From a virus (lineage: Duplodnaviria > Caudoviricetes), in IMG/VR virus record IMGVR_UViG_3300047283_000112, positions 1-25,930 of that record: a stretch of 25,930 bases of DNA; one strand, 5' to 3'. Below, in pieces: positions 24,760 through 25,930 of this stretch (within the stretch, counting starts at the first letter, position 1; the number at the start of each line of letters is the position of its first letter). The notes beneath the pieces were generated by a model. That model had not been told where the DNA came from. It saw only the letters and a list, made by a program, of their open reading frames with translations, and searched no databases. A program made the translations under genes and the position numbers.

Positions 24760-25677
24760 TTAGACGCCTGCCGTACCAAAAATGTTACGTGCATCGTGCC
24801 AGCCGGTCGCGTAGCGCTCGGTGGCCTTGTAGCGCATGGAGTCAGTCTCAAAGTCACCTTCCATGGATTTCTCCATTGGGCGGCGCATTACGAGCATGAG
24901 ACCATTCTCTGCGTCTGTCTGAACCCACCAGGCTTTGCTGGAGCTCAAACGGGTAACCACGTGGGCACCCTTGGGCAGCATACCGGTCGACTTGATCGGG
25001 TTGAGATCGTTGTCGGCGGTACCGGAACGGAGAACAGACTTGAGGATGACCTCAGCCTGGAACTCGAGTGCCGGGGGAACAACCAACTGCTCTGCCTTCA
25101 GACGGATACGCTTACCATTGTTGTCAATGGCGGAGCGGATCTGGATGAGGATTTGCTCAACCGAGGTCTGCGACAGGTTAGCTGGGGTGCTCAGCGCGTT
25201 GCTGTATGTCAAGCCGTTAGCGACCGGGTGAGCGGTGTTAACGAGCGTGACGCCATCGCCACCGACGTAGCCGGCTGTGAAGGCAAAGTTCAACAGGTTA
25301 GCGCAAAGCGTCTCTTTGGTCTCAATCATTGACTGAGCCAAGTGCTTGGCGAAGGTGCTGCCGATACGGATGTGATCGCCGTCTTCCATCAGTACCTTAG
25401 TCAGGGCATATGCCAGGCCATAGATCTGATAGATGAAACGGGTGATGTACAGCGTACCGCCCTGATCGTACGAAACAGGAGTTCCGTCGGGCATTGCGGG
25501 TGCTGCGTTCATACCGTAGAGCATTACTTCTTCGTGATAGTTACGTGGAATACCCTGGATCTGCTGAACAAATCCTTTCCACTCATCATCACGCTGGGCG
25601 TAAACGCCATCAAAGACTTCGTTGATAATCGGTTCGACTACCGCACGAAAGTCTGTACTACGCATTGGGGTTGCCAT
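24760..25677 (-). CDS. Major capsid protein (HK97 fold, Mu gpT-like family)
   Basis: 305 aa; YGLAYALTKVLMED, GGDGVTLVNTAHP, LVVPPALEFQAEVIL and MEGDFETDSMRYKATERYATGW motifs; AAGGA SD; downstream terminator. Confidence 0.9.
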   Translation of the reverse strand: MATPMRSTDFRAVVEPIINEVFDGVYAQRDDEWKGFVQQIQGIPRNYHEEVMLYGMNAAPAMPDGTPVSYDQGGTLYITRFIYQIYGLAYALTKVLMEDGDHIRIGSTFAKHLAQSMIETKETLCANLLNFAFTAGYVGGDGVTLVNTAHPVANGLTYSNALSTPANLSQTSVEQILIQIRSAIDNNGKRIRLKAEQLVVPPALEFQAEVILKSVLRSGTADNDLNPIKSTGMLPKGAHVVTRLSSSKAWWVQTDAENGLMLVMRRPMEKSMEGDFETDSMRYKATERYATGWHDARNIFGTAGV

Positions 25678-25700
25678 TGCTTAATCCTTTCTTTCGTTAA

Positions 25701-25930
25701 TTAGACCGAAGCGATCGGATACACGAACGTGTTGTTCGCGATCTTGACTTGAACAATCGTGTAAGCGTCACCCCAAGCGTTTAGCTCGCCTGTGGGGTAA
25801 GCAACTTCACGGCCCAAACCAACAACACGTACTTGACCTTGTGTTGCGGTACCGACTGCGGTGTCGTTCAGAGCGCAGGTTGAGAAGAACGCGCCACCGT
25901 TGCCGATGGAGGTTCCGCTCGCGGGTGTTA
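25701..25930 (-). CDS. C-terminal part of a putative capsid decoration/cement protein (5' truncated)
   Basis: Open frame ...GQVRVVGLGREVAYPTGELNAWGDAYTIVQVKIANNTFVYPIASV* ending 23 nt before the capsid ATG. Confidence 0.7.
   Translation of the reverse strand, partial: TPASGTSIGNGGAFFSTCALNDTAVGTATQGQVRVVGLGREVAYPTGELNAWGDAYTIVQVKIANNTFVYPIASV

Noticed and set aside
24667-25332. 221-aa plus-strand ORF (and 25342-25704)
   Set aside because: Antisense to the major capsid gene and crosses its terminator.

Overview
This window is the late (virion morphogenesis and lysis) region of a tailed dsDNA bacteriophage. All credible genes lie on the minus strand, tightly packed and often coupled (ATGA/TAATG overlaps). 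In transcription order (right to left): partial capsid decoration-like gene, Mu gpT-like major capsid protein, intrinsic terminator, a structured RNA leader resembling the Mu-gpT-DE motif, three small virion proteins, a Gly-X-Thr collagen fibre, a 1962-aa multi-LamG/SPRY adhesin, a fibre chaperone, a GT2-TPR glycosyltransferase, a second Gly-X-Thr collagen fibre with a YadA-like head, a lysis cassette (two membrane proteins, M15 peptidase), two basic proteins, two adaptor/ring-like proteins, a spike, a nozzle-like protein and putative ejection proteins. No tail tube, sheath or classical tape measure is recognisable, which suggests a podovirus-like morphotype. Most notable: (1) a candidate fibre O-glycosylation system; (2) a recurring TGCATnnGTAGnnnnAG motif that looks like a phage-specific late promoter, with one copy hidden inside a CDS; (3) a double-pseudoknot RNA abutting a ribosome-binding site; (4) AT-rich LamG cassettes bounded by a conserved 20-nt box; (5) a hydrophobic-x-x-G-G motif shared by putative internal virion proteins. 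All product calls come from motif recognition by eye; no searches were run.
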